Positions 47,101 through 58,782 of a DNA stretch of 64,000 nt are shown here, piece by piece. Under the pieces are notes generated by a model that saw nothing but the letters and a program-made list of their open reading frames with translations, was not told the DNA's origin and did no database searches. The translations under genes were made by a program, and so were the position numbers. This DNA comes from Podarcis filfolensis (Eukaryota): the NCBI GenBank assembly GCA_964270895.1, contig OZ185447.1. The stretch is one strand, 5' to 3'. Numbering within the stretch: position 1 is the stretch's first letter; every line of letters starts with the position of its first letter.

Positions 47101-49474
47101 CCCTGAGCAGGTGGGCCTGTTTTAAGGAAACCTCGCTGATCGATGCTAAGAGGAGCCCTGAAGGGCTTCAGCAAGTAAAAGGAGCCCACTTGAAACCCCC
47201 CCCCCCACATAGCTGTGATGCAGCACTGCTACCATGTCAGGGACACTAAAGGCGCAGTTAAAGGGACTCTTCATTGCTTCAGTCTATCAGCCGCCTTCTC
47301 AGTGCCAAACACCATGGTAGTTTTTTTTCCTGTAGAGGCCAGGCTGGAGGGGATAGGTCAGGGAGTTCTGAGATTTGAACAAAGCTTAGTAATTAGCAGG
47401 GGAAGAACAAAGTGTGACTGCAAACCAGGAATCCTGGTTTTCTGAGGAGATTTTTTAATAGGACAATATTGATATTGACCTCCCTAAGGAGTCCGTTCCA
47501 CTGTCGAACAGCTCTTCCTGTCAGAAGCTCCTTCGATATTTAGTCGAAATCTCCTTGTAATTTGAAGCCATTGGTCTGAGTCCTACCCTCCAGGGCAGGA
47601 GAAAAGCTTGCTCCATCCTCCATGTGGCAACCATTTAGGATATTTGAAGGTGGCTATCCTGTCTCTGAGAAGACCACACCCTGAAGAAGTGCTTAGAAAT
47701 CACTGCACTGGACTCCATTACGAAGAGAGGTTGAGAGAACTGGTAGCCCACCAAAGTAGAGACTGAGAAACCAGTTCTCTCAACCTCTCTTCGTAATGGA
47801 GTCCAGTGCAGTGATTTCTAAGCACTTCTTCAGGGTGTGGTCTGAGCCTCAGCAACTGATGCAGCCCCCTTTCTGGAGCTAAGCAGGTGTGGGTCTGGCC
47901 AATGCCAATATATACCACCTTGAATTCCATAATGGAAGGGAAGGCAGCATGTAAATGATGATAATTATACTATTGTTTGTAACTCAATGGCTCACAAGGG
48001 GGCTAACCCCTAGGCACTCCAGGGTGAACACCTTATAACAGGGGTGTTTAACCAACTGTCCTTGAGGCACTGCTGGCTTCCAGGTCCCATCAGCCCCAGC
48101 CAACATGGCCAGTGGTCTGGCATGATGAGAGTTGTTCTCCAGTAGTGAGTGATCCCTTCATCATCGGCTTCCTCAATGAGAAGACATGTGATGACTGATG
48201 GTTTGCCTATATGGCACCCTGTCCCCTACAAATGTCTCCTGTGGGGTGATAGCCCCAGAAGAAATTACATTACCCCCACAGTCAAAGTTATGTGTGTCAT
48301 TATGCACCCCATAACCCCCTGAAACTTCCAGACCCTTCACGGCTGATATGCAGGCATTCCTCAGTAGAGAAATCAGTGTGGAAAAGGAGGCCTTGAGGGT
48401 AGGATGTTTTGAGAACTCCTGCGCAAGGGAACGGGCATTTGCAAACCAAGATTTGTCTCTCTTCAAGGACCAGGTAGCAAAGGACAAAGCGCTTCAGACT
48501 ATGGCAGCCATGTCTTCTGCTCAACTCGTATCTGCCACGGTCCTCCAGGAAAAACTGGGCTTGTCAGAACCCCACTACCCACCCAGCACCACCGTAAGCA
48601 TGTGGAAGAGGGGCTGTGAGGTGGGGTTTCTATGGGGCTGTAATGCTACGACAGGAATGGGGAACCTGTGGGCTCCCAGATGTTGTGGGACTGCAGTTCC
48701 CATAATCCCCAGCAATTAACCATGCCCACTGGGGCTGTTGAGAGCAATAGTTTAGCAAAACCTGCAAGCCCCCAGGTTCCCGGTTCCTGTTCTCTTTCTG
48801 TACTAAAAACTTAGATTAAGGTTTCTGCCAGTTTAGCTCTCAACTCTCCCCAAGGAATCTTGGGAATTGTAGTTTGGTGACATTCAAAAGAATTCTCTGT
48901 GTTAGATCATTAGCTCTTTCTTGGAGAGAGGAAATTATTATTAAATGGTGTTTAAGTTAAGAGTTGTTGCTGAATAAATGAAACTTCAGCTGACAGATCA
49001 TATGTACAAGCATTGGTCAATTATATTTGCATTTGGGCAAAACTATGTTTTGGAAGCAAGAAGCACGCTTCCTAAGTTTTTTAGATCAGATGACTTCGCA
49101 GACGTCATCACCACAGAAGAGGCATTCTCCTCTTCCAAGATGCAGTCTTAGTTTTTATAAACACTTGTTTGTTTGTTTGTTTGTTTGTTTGTTTGTTTTA
49201 ATAATCACTCTCCACTGAATTTGGTCAATTAAACGGTTTTAAAAATTAATTTCATCAGTTCAGAGTAAACAGAATAAATGTTGCAGCCCTAACTTAAGTA
49301 TGTAGTGCAGTTTTTAATTCTTCTGACTTTTCCAGTCCACAGAGTTCTTCCAGTTTTGGACAGGGGATGCAAGCCAATCCCGAGACACTCTAGAGTAAGT
49401 TGTTGTTGTTTTCAGTCATTGACACACATGCACTGCTGGGAGCAGCAATTTGTCTAGCATTTCTGCAACACACA

Positions 49475-49522
<48 letters not shown>

Positions 49523-52500
49523 GCAATGCCCCCCTGTTGAAAAGCCATATCTTGACTCTCCTCTTTCCCCCTCCTACCCTTAGCGTCAAGCCTATCCTCC
49601 AAGCGCCATACCCCATCCCAGTCCCAGCACCCGCTGCTGTCCCAGGTAAGCCACCATCTTCCTAAACCACTTGCCTTCCTCCGAGGCGGGGAGGGGGGTG
49701 AGAGTGCGCCAGTCAGCCTCAGTGCCTTCTCCCTCGGCTCGGCAGGTTACCACGCGCCCCCAGGGAGAGCCCCCCGCCTCCCCAGCGCTACCTCTTGGCA
49801 GGGAAGCCACATTGGTACGGAAACGCTTCGGCTGGTGGAGTTCACTGCGTTTGTGGAGCGGCAGGCAGAACAAGATGCGGTGAGATGTGCACCTATACTT
49901 AACACCATTCGCACACTTGCGCCTCGTGCCAGCTGTCCCCATACATTGTCTTGAAAAGTTTGGGAGTTGGCCTGATGATGTAATCGGCCGTGTGTTGGAG
50001 ATCTAGTTTCAAGACTCCACTCGGTGATGAGATGCTTAGCGGGTGGCCTTGGGCCAGTCCCAGTCTCACTGCCTAACCTGTCTCACAGGGTTATTTAAGA
50101 GGATAAAATAGGACAGCTCTGTTTATGTTGCCCAGAGTTCCTTGGAGGAAGGGCAGGGCTTGATAAACAGAAGTGGATGGAGGGACGAGTATAAGAAACT
50201 ACAGTGGTACCTCGGGTTAAGTACTTAATTCGTTCCAGAGGTCCGTTCTTAACCTGAAACTGTTCTTAACCTGAAGCACCACTTTAGCTAATGGGGCCTC
50301 CTGCTGCCGCCGGAGCCCGATTTCTGTTCTTATCCTGAAGCAAAGTTCTTAACCTGAAGCACTATTTCTGGGTTAGCAGAGTCTGTAACCTGAAGCGTAT
50401 GTAACCTGAAGCATATGTAACCCGAGGTACCACTGTACATGCAGCAAGTGGAGAAGCTAAGCTTAAGAAACCAGTACAGTTGTACCTTGGATCCCAAACG
50501 CCTTGCCAGTCGAACGTTTTGGCTCCCGAATGCCGCAAACCCGGAAGTGAATGTTCTGGTTTGCGAACGTTATTTGGAACCCGAACGTCCTCTGTGGCTT
50601 CCGATTGGCTGCAGGAGCTTCCTGCAGCCAATCGGAAGCCGCACCTTGGTTTCCAAACGTTTTGGAGGTCGAACGGACTTCCGGAATGGATTCCATTTGA
50701 CTTCCGAGGTACCACTGTAGGCTGATACTCATCTCAAGATTAAATTTGGAGAGACAGAAATGTGGTGAAGTAGCTAAAAGTTTGAGCTGTGTAGGGCGGG
50801 AAATTTGGGGTTCAGATCCCACCATTGCCATGAACTTAGGATACTGGACTAGGTGGGGCATTGGCCTGATCCTGAAGGCTCATCTTATTAGGTGACCTGG
50901 AGTAAGTTGCTGTCTCTCATCCTCTGACCACAAGCCAGTGTGGTTTAGTGGTTAGGGTGTTTTATTAGAGTTGGTGTAATCCAGTTTCTAATCCCTAATT
51001 AGATGTGAAACTCGCTGGGTAATCTTGGGTTAGTCACTATCTCTCCATCTGACTTACCTCACAGGGTTATTGTGAGGATAAAATGAGGAGAGAGAACATT
51101 GTGTACTACCTTTAGCTCACTGGAGGGAAAAGCAGGATAAACATGTCATACTTAAAAACAACAACAACAACCCAGCAATATCAGAATTGCACATATTGTA
51201 TTCCTGCTTTACTGAGTTAATTGGGAGGATCACGGCAGTAACATTTGCATCTGATGAAGTAGTCCCTAGTCCACAAAAGCTTACGCCATAATAAAATGTG
51301 TTAGTCCTTAGCTTAAGGTGCAGCAACAGACTAGCATGAGTACCATATTGAAAGCAGTTGTAAAGCACTTTTTAAAAAATGCTATTTGCATTCTAGCTTC
51401 TTCTGGCAAGCGATTCAGTAAATCAAAATTCGGGCAGCTGGTGCCAGTCTGCATCATTCCGTCTCTGACTTCCTCCCTTTCCTCCCGGCAGTGTAAGCAG
51501 CAACACCGCTTTGTGCATATCGACCCGACACCCGCCTCTGACTCCCCGCTGGAGACGGTGGACGTACGCCAAATCTACGACAAATTCCCTGAGCGGGGAG
51601 GTGGGCTGCGAGACCTGTATGACCAGGGGCCTCCTCATGCCTTCTTCTTGGTCAAGTTCTGGGTGAGAATCGCCCTGCTTCCCTCAATCCCCAACAAGCT
51701 AGGAAGGCAAAAGCTCCATTGCTGCATTATGTATAGATATTTACCTGGCTAGTTTGCTGGGGCCGGTGGATTGCCTTGGTGGTTCAAAGCAGATAAAGCA
51801 GATTCTGGGTACATTCAGGCCAGATCTCCTAGAAAAGCTTGGCATGGCTCCATCACTGTTTGGGTGGAGGGGGCAAATGAGCCATTTTGAATAGTGACCT
51901 AATGAGTACATTGTTGTTGCTTCAGCTGTGCACATTAGCCGCCTTCCAGCTTCAAATAGGATCCGGCGGGTCCCAGCCAGAAAAACTGTTGCAAGGGAGC
52001 TTTGGTCTCTGCTCCTAGCTAATTGAAAGCTGCTCTAACCATCTTTACAGCTACAGAAAAATGCCATTGAGCCTGTAATAAAATGTTGCAGTATAGGGTG
52101 CTCCTATTTACCGTACCCGCCAGCCATGACCCCTCCCACATGGTTCCCACCACTCCAAACAACAGCCTGTCAGCATTCTGAAGCTACTGAGCATGCTCAG
52201 TCTTTGTTGCCATGTTTTTGGTGGATTTCCCCTCTGTGTAGGGTTTTTATTTCCTAAAGATGTTTCCTACTGTTGAAAACCTTGGAGGAGACGCAAGCCT
52301 TCCGAAGCCTTCCATTTGTGGCATGGCTGATGTTAATTTGGCACTGTCAGGATTGGCCCTTGGAGAACTTAGTTTGCTATTTGTGTGTAGAATAATGGCT
52401 ATGCTGTTATATTGCTATAACAATGCACACAAAAGCCAGGTCCTCAAGCAAATAGAATTGCAATGGTTCACAGAAGTAATAATTGCATACAGGATATGCA

Positions 52501-55482
52501 AGGTTACTTGCAAACACCCCCCAAGGCCAACCCAAATGAATCATCAATAGCAAACTTTAGAACATTGTCTTATCCACCAAGGCCAGACCTCAGAAGATCA
52601 CAAAAAGGGCAGGAAGGTGATCCCCACCCTCTCTCCTCCTGGCCCCAGCAAGTGATGTTCAATGGCATATTACTTCTCTGCATGTGGGGTTTTTGTTTAG
52701 CTGCTGTGGCAAGTAGTTGTGGAATAGACACTCTTGTCCCACCCCCACTTATGAAGTACTACCTGAAATGTATGACATCCTGCTTTCTATATCAGTCGGG
52801 GTGGGGTGGAAAAAAAGAAAAGAAAGAAAACACTGCATTTTCCCCCCATTTCTCCTGTTACCATAGGCTGATCTGAGCTTTCCCCTCCTTGAAGAAGAAC
52901 CAGGGGGCACAGGAGGGGCCTTCTATGGGGTGAGCAGCCGATACGAGGGCCCACGGGCTCTGACTCTCAGTTGCACCTCCAAGGTCTGCTCCTTTGGCAA
53001 ACAGGTGGTGGAAAAACTGGAGGTGGGTGCGGGGGGGCAGGGGAGAGTTGGCAGGGGGATGACGGGACTTGGGGGGGAGTGGATGGGGAGAGAAGGGGGG
53101 GTTGCCACACTGGCGGGTGGGGGTGCTAGAGGAACAGGGTTCGTTTACGCCTAAGAAGCTTCTGTGCAGCAGCTTGTGCAAAAGTAGCCACGTCGGCCAC
53201 AATGAAAGTTGCCTTTTACCCACTGAGTACACACCACACCCATGAGGAATCCTGGGGAATGTAGTTCACCCCTTACAAAGCCACACTGCCCAGCACTCTT
53301 GGCAAACCACAGTTCCCAGGATTCTTTGGGGGAAGCCATGTGCTTTAGAGGTGTGGTGTGCATGCAGCCTGTTTCTCTGTTTAGCCCATTGCTGCATGCT
53401 CTTATCTCTCCAGGATTTTGGGTGGGGGCAGAAGCATTGTTAGGGTGACCCAGGCAGCTTGAGCCTCAAATCTCCTGCCTTTCCCTCTCCGCCCCAAACT
53501 TAAACCCAAACCCTGCTTATAGGGCTGCTGGGACTACATTTGCATCTATGCATCTAAACTGGCATATGCAGATTTGTGTCAAGGGCCTGTGTTCTCATCC
53601 CTTCAAATACGGTATTTGCAGTGCCCCTGGGCAGGAATCTCTCAGGCCACCTGTTTCCTTATCCTTTTACCAGGCCATTGTGTGTGGGAGGTTGAACCTT
53701 CTGGCTTTTTGCATGCAAAACACGTGTTCCGGCATTGAGCTGTTGTGCTTTCCCTTGCAGCCAATGTGGTGCCCCTCAGACATTGCTGGACATCCGCCCA
53801 TGCTCATTGGCCTGAGGCTGACTGGTCTTCAGAGTCCAAAAACATATTGAGGGCACCAAGTTGGCTGTTTCTGCTCCTGCAGAGATATGGGGAAGCTCTG
53901 GCTCTCCAGATGTTGGACCCCAACTCCCATCATCCCTGACCATTGGGCTAGGCTGGCTGGGGTTGATGGGAATTCGGCTCCAGCATCTTGAAGGCTGCAG
54001 GTCCTCCATCCCTTCATCAGAAGCTTTCCTTCTGATGTGCTGGATGCAGGGAATCTGGTACCCCACTCACCCGATGGAGACCATTAAAAAAAGGGAGACC
54101 TGCAGCCTAATGCTGTGCGTGTCTTAAACTATAGAAGGACCTGGAAGCTAGGAAGATCTGCAGGGTCAAGAGCAACTTGGCCTAGAATGTTTAAGAAGTT
54201 AAGTGTGTGCGAGTGTGAAAGTGTTAAGCTGTATCAGCTACTGGACATTGAGGAGTTAAGATTTGCATCCCACAAACAGATTTACAGTACTTGGAAGTTG
54301 GGGGGGAAACAGGCTTAATTTCAGTTGAACTAATCTTTGCATCGTTTAAGTTTAGGAGTGTGAGTCTTGCTCCTTTTAGAAGGTTGTCCCTATGGTGGCG
54401 GAGGAAGAGAGGTGGCTTCTTCCTTCGGACAAAGGTGGTGTGCATGTGTTAGGTTCTCTCTGTCTCTCATATGCCTGCTTTGCCATTAACCACTCCCATC
54501 TCCCCAACTCTGCAGACTGCAGAGCCTCCCCACTGGGAAGATGGACGCTTTGTTTTCCAGCTGCAGCGCTCACCGCTGTGCGAGTACCTCATCAACTTCA
54601 TCCGCAAACTGCGAACGCTGCCAGAAAAGCCGATGATGGACAGCGTGCTTGAAAACTTCACCATCCTGCAGGTATTTGGGGAAGGAAACGAGGGGCCAAT
54701 TTGCGCGCTCTCTATCTCTCTCCCTCTCTTTCCTTCCCTGGGGGAGGAGAAGGCAGAATAGGGAGCCAAGCCAAAACTTGAATTCTCCATAAATAGAAAC
54801 TCCAGTCCTTGACCGACCCAGAGTCAGTACAGTACAGGGCAACCTTTTAATTTCCCTCAGCTCTCCAGGGTGATGCATTGTGGGGAATCTAAATGGCACT
54901 TATAAAATCCTCCAGTGGCAAGTTCTAGCTTAGGAACATTCCTTCATGTAGGATAGCAAGGGCAGTGTGGCGTGATGCCTCTTCTAAGATTATGCTGGTT
55001 GTGCCTTGTGCATCCATGATGTAATAGTGTGCTGGTTGTAACTATTTTTTCTTATGTGGAAACACAGGCATAACCGAACAGTGTAGAATTCAATTGACAG
55101 ACTTACGCTTCTTTTAATTGGGAAGCAACCCTTAATAAATGCTTGTGTTTTGCAATTTGTGAGTCAGCTGTAAGGCAGTGGAGACCTGGTACAGCAATAA
55201 GGGTGAGGGAAGGGAAAATGGCAGCACCTGTCAAATTTGTTATGGGGGCTGCAGCAAGCTCCCTGTGGGAGAGATTTAGAGAAATCTCATTAAGCTCCTA
55301 GATATGGGCAGGATTGTCCCCTTGCACTGCTGTGAAACTTGTCAGAATACGCTCCATCCCCTCCACAGGTTTTGCGGGATCAAGAAACTCAGGAGTTACT
55401 TTTATGTGTGGCCTTCGTGTTTGAAGTGTCTGCCAGCGAGCATGGGGCACAACACCACATCTACCGGCTGGGCCGGGAGTGA
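43973..55482 (+). CDS. TEAD2: TEA-domain transcription factor TEAD2; complete, 11 coding exons, 432 aa from AUA or 417 aa from AUG 44018
   Basis: Exons 43973-44165, 45132-45196, 45338-45400, 48468-48593, 49336-49394, 49584-49645, 49746-49879, 51492-51662, 52867-53022, 54516-54671, 55369-55482 give 1299 nt in frame. TEA domain and YAP-binding domain present. TEAD2-like motifs ([33 protein letters not shown]) and CD37/DKKL1 neighbours. Confidence 0.92.
45132..45196 (+). CDS. TEAD2: TEAD2 TEA exon ([22 protein letters not shown])
   Basis: 65 nt, invariant TEA sequence. Confidence 0.97.
45338..45400 (+). CDS. TEAD2: TEAD2 TEA exon ([21 protein letters not shown])
   Basis: 63 nt, cacag/gtgagt. 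Confidence 0.97.
45754..46504. mobile_element. Long Tc1/mariner-type MITE with internal inverted repeats
   Basis: Terminal CAGTGGTACC/GGTACCACTG with TA; segment about 46340-46425 is an imperfect inverse of about 46020-46100 and about 45920-45975. Confidence 0.8.
47445..47843 (-). mobile_element. CR1-like LINE fragments including the fold-back palindrome
   Basis: Minus frame reads ...[11 protein letters not shown], resembling the CR1 ORF2 C-terminal [14 protein letters not shown] motif. Confidence 0.65.
47671..47843. repeat. Perfect 74-bp inverted repeat with 25-nt spacer
   Basis: 47671-47744 is the exact reverse complement of 47770-47843 (checked base by base). Confidence 0.97.
48468..48593 (+). 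CDS. TEAD2: TEAD2 exon ([31 protein letters not shown]...)
   Basis: aag acceptor, gtaagc donor; conserved DQ..KDKA.Q.MA.MSSAQ. Confidence 0.95.
49336..49394 (+). CDS. TEAD2: TEAD2 exon ([19 protein letters not shown])
   Basis: tccag/gtaagt; resembles human TEAD2 ASELFQFW. Second in-frame acceptor at 49354. Confidence 0.8.
49478..49520. repeat. (TG)n microsatellite
   Basis: Direct reading; in a short TEAD2 intron. Confidence 0.95.
49584..49645 (+). CDS. TEAD2: TEAD2 proline-rich exon ([21 protein letters not shown])
   Basis: cttag/gtaag, phase 2/1; DVKP motif. Confidence 0.92.
49746..49879 (+). CDS. TEAD2: TEAD2 exon, start of YAP-binding domain (...[22 protein letters not shown]...)
   Basis: ggcag/gtgag; WQG..IGT..LRLVEF.AF motif. 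Confidence 0.95.
50200..50437. mobile_element. Tc1/mariner-type MITE
   Basis: TIR with TA flanks. Confidence 0.9.
50475..50719. mobile_element. Tc1/mariner-type MITE, different internal subfamily
   Basis: TA-CAGTTGTACC...GGTACCACTG-TA; about 40 bp from the previous copy. Confidence 0.85.
51492..51662 (+). CDS. TEAD2: TEAD2 YBD exon (...[15 protein letters not shown]...[12 protein letters not shown])
   Basis: 171 nt, ggcag/gtgag. Confidence 0.97.
52867..53022 (+). CDS. TEAD2: TEAD2 YBD exon (ADLSF...FYGVSSRYE...[15 protein letters not shown])
   Basis: 156 nt, catag/gtggg. Confidence 0.96.
54516..54671 (+). CDS. TEAD2: TEAD2 YBD exon with the acylated-Cys motif (RSPLCEY...[10 protein letters not shown])
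   Basis: 156 nt, tgcag/gtattt. Confidence 0.96.
55369..55482 (+). CDS. TEAD2: TEAD2 terminal exon (...[22 protein letters not shown] stop)
   Basis: cacag acceptor, TGA at 55480-55482. Confidence 0.96.
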   Translation, partial: VLRDQETQELLLCVAFVFEVSASEHGAQHHIYRLGRE

Positions 55483-57093
55483 TGAACAGCTTTTACCCCA
55501 CCTCCATGCTCCAAAATGGGTCACTCGCTGCCTCACCCACCAGGAGGTCTACGGCCTGTCTGTGAACTGTGAATGGACTGCTATGACAACTGCTGAACCT
55601 TCTGTGATAATGGCTTTTTTGTCACCTGGCAACCACCGGCAAACCCAGCAACTGATTCTACCAATGGATATCCTCCTCTCTCCCTGATGGCCACAAAGTT
55701 AGGCCCGAGGCCCAAGCCCAGAAGCACTGCTGTTATTCAGTGGAGAAGCTCGCAGCCATGGCAACAGCATTGTCGAGCAGCAGTGCTTTCAGGGCAAGCT
55801 CCCCCCACCCTGTTCCCAGTCAAGCTGTGGGATATCAGGAGTTAACCTCTACCATACATATGTCATGGCAGATCTTGACCGAGAACATCCCCCTCCGTGC
55901 GGCTGGGATTTCACACACTCCATTGTCAATGAGACGCATGGCATTTTCGAGGACGGTTGCTTTCAATAATCTGGCAGAAGTTTGATGTAACTTAACCTGT
56001 CTGTGTGAGAATTAGGAGTAAGGAGATCAACCTGTTTTGGGGGTGGGCCACACCACTTCACCTCAGGTAGCAGGGTCCACATGATTGTAGGTTCCTCCCC
56101 AGAAAAGCTAGTGTTCTGTGTGTGGGGTTTTTGGTATGGAGAAGCATTCAGTAAGGCGAGCCTCTGCTTGCAGCCTGAGGTGACACAGCCCTGATGAAAG
56201 CAGTATACATTTGATCCTGCAGGCTCTCTTTACGTGTACTACACCTAATCTGGTGTTGTTTTTAACCATGCCTACGGGGGGGGGGGGGCGGTGGAGTCCC
56301 ATTGTAGAATTTAGTGGGGCTTACTCCCTGTCGCACTGGAGGTGGAGATGTTCACCTTTCAGAGGCCTATTACCTCACAAGAGATTCAAGGCTTTGTCTA
56401 TACACGCAGCAGAATGAGGAGGTAGAACGGCTGCAGTGGGGCCAACACTACAGACTACATGCAGGCGATTCTATTCGTTATTATTCCCAGGTGTAAACTC
56501 CCTTGAAGAACACCAGCAAACCCAGGGAGAAAAGTTCGCCTGCAGGCCTCTGCCTGCAGTGCTTGCTTTCTGCTAGCAAGAGTTTTATGTAGGCCGGCAC
56601 CCGAAAAGAAGGTTCAGCGGGCCGGTCTTTGAGCTGAAAATAACCGTTCCTTTCAACAGGAGTGCAGAACCTTTCTTTCCTGTTGGAGGCCAGTATAGCC
56701 TCAGCACCCATTGTTTGGGGCCCACCTTCTAGTGGTGGGTGGGGCACCCCATTTTACCCCTTCCTTGCCACTGCCATGAATTTGGCCAAAGGCTCCTAAT
56801 TGCACTCCTCCTTGGGGTCCAGGTCCCACTATCTCTAGGTAAGGCAGGGAGAGACCTTTGTGGAACCCAGGTGAGCCACTGCCAGTCCATGAAGATGATA
56901 ATTAGGGTCAGACTCTGCCTACGGCAGCTTTCTCTGCTGCCGCCCTGTAGCTGCAAATGGGGAAGTAACATGGTTTATTCCACAGCTTTGTTCTGCTGGC
57001 TGTTTAGACCCAGCCTCTGATGGAGCGAAGTGTAAGAACGAGCCAAGCTTTGCTTAAAAGTGTGGGGTGTACGAGACACATTTGGACTTTATG

Positions 57094-57329
57094 TACAGTG
57101 CTACCTCAGTTTACGCAGTTCACGAACTTAATCCGTTCCGGAAGTCTGTACTTAAACTAAAACCGTTTTTAAACCGAGGCGCACTTTCCCTAATGAGGCC
57201 TCCCGCCGCCGGTGCCCTTCCACCGTTGATTCCGTTCTTAGACTGAGGTAAAGTTATCAAACCAAGACACTATTTCCGGTTTTGTGGAGTTTGTAAACCA
57301 AATCGTTCTTAAACCGAGGCACCGCTGTA
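57094..57329. mobile_element. Tc1/mariner-type MITE, degenerate TIRs
   Basis: TA-CAGTGCTACCTC...GAGGCACCGCTG-TA. Confidence 0.8.
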
Positions 57330-57618
57330 CTTTCTTCGTATACAGTCCTTTTCCCTTGCCCCTTTGCCATTCACAAGGTTGCAGCAGTCTCTCGCTTTGG
57401 TGGGAAAGGGGGCAAATTAAGTGATCTTGCATAAAGTTTATTTTGACATAGTACGGAGGTCTGAGTGATTTTTCGTTACCCCTTCAGCCCATTCTCACTC
57501 GAGAGGCCTGTAGGTTTGCAGCTTTTGCTGTGGGGTCGACTTCTTTGGAAGGCAGGATGGAAGGGTTCATTAGCAGACTGGTTGGAGCAGGATTAACCCT
57601 TTCTTGGGTTTTGTACTT

Positions 57619-57946
57619 GCGGGTGGTGCTGTGGTCTAAACCACTGAGCCTCTTGGGCTTGCCGATCAGAAGGTCGGCGGTTCAAATACCCACAACGGGG
57701 TGAGCTCCCATTGCTCTGTCCCAGCTCCTGCCAACCTAGCAGATAAATAGATACCGCTGCAGCAGTAAGATAAATGGCATTTCCGTGCGCTCTGGTTTGC
57801 GTCTCATTGCACCAGAAGAGGTTTAGTCATGCTGGCCACATGACCTGGAAAGCTGTCTGGACAAACGCCAGCTCCCTCGGCCTGAAAGTGAAATGAGCGC
57901 CACAACCCCTTAACCATCCAGGGGTCCTTTACCTTTTTACCTTTAC
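57619..57946 (+). mobile_element. Sauria SINE
   Basis: Same head, core and ctttacctt tail as the 31127 copy. Confidence 0.87.
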
Positions 57947-58548
57947 TTGGGGAGCACCCCACCAGTCACAGAAACCAACGAGTCCGGCACGGTAGGGCAA
58001 GTCAAAAGAAGCACCAGCACTTACCGCTTGTGGAAAAGCTGCAAGTCAGCAGGATGAAGAACTCCCTTGTCGGGACCAGTTCTGCCACAGACCAGCTTTG
58101 TACCAAGGTACGACTTCCCAACAGCCTGTGGCACATACAACCCACTTGGGCTGGGAGGAGCCTTCTGAGAAATGCCATCAAGCTAGAGCAGCCAATGGGA
58201 GGAAGAGGTGTGGCTAAGAATGCCCTTGATAGCTATACCTCTCCTGTTCCTTGATTGCTGTCGTTCTCTTAGGGTTGAGGCCTGCTTAGTCGTTCTTTCT
58301 AGAGGCCATCTTAGCTTGCTCACATCTCCAGAGTGCAAAAGAACCAAAGCAAAACGGCCATTTAGGGATTTTTATTTATTTATTTACAAAACAGGATAAT
58401 AATAATAAAAAACCCAACCCACAAAATGCACAAAACAACCCCAAATACTGTTAAGAAGCAACAAGCTACGGATAAAGGTGAAATTATATATGCGTACCTC
58501 ATTCCACCAGCATCCTCCCTTTTAACCTCTGTTCCCTCACAACTCCAC

Positions 58549-58782
58549 TACAGTGGTACCTCTGGGTGCGAACGGGATCCATTCCGGAGCCCCATTCACA
58601 CCCTGAAGCGAACGCAACCCACCTCTGCACAGGTCGCGATTCGCCACATCTGTGCATGCACGTGACATCATTTTGAGCGTCTGCGCATGTGCGAGCGGCA
58701 AACCCGGAACTAACGTGTTCCGTTACTTCCGGGTCGCCGCAGAGCGCAACCCGAAGCTACTTTAACCCGAGGTATGACTGTA
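58549..58782. mobile_element. Tc1/mariner-type MITE, CpG-rich subfamily
   Basis: TA-CAGTGGTACCTC...GAGGTATGACTG-TA. Confidence 0.8.

Noticed and set aside
47303-47332. ttctcag|tgccaaacaccatg|gtag as the TEAD microexon
   Set aside because: 14 nt, which would shift the frame.
43973-55482. Calling the TEAD gene TEAD1 or TEAD3 from its N-terminus
   Set aside because: The IEP.SW and GLDNDAEG similarities are best read as ancestral; linker and YBD motifs and synteny favour TEAD2.
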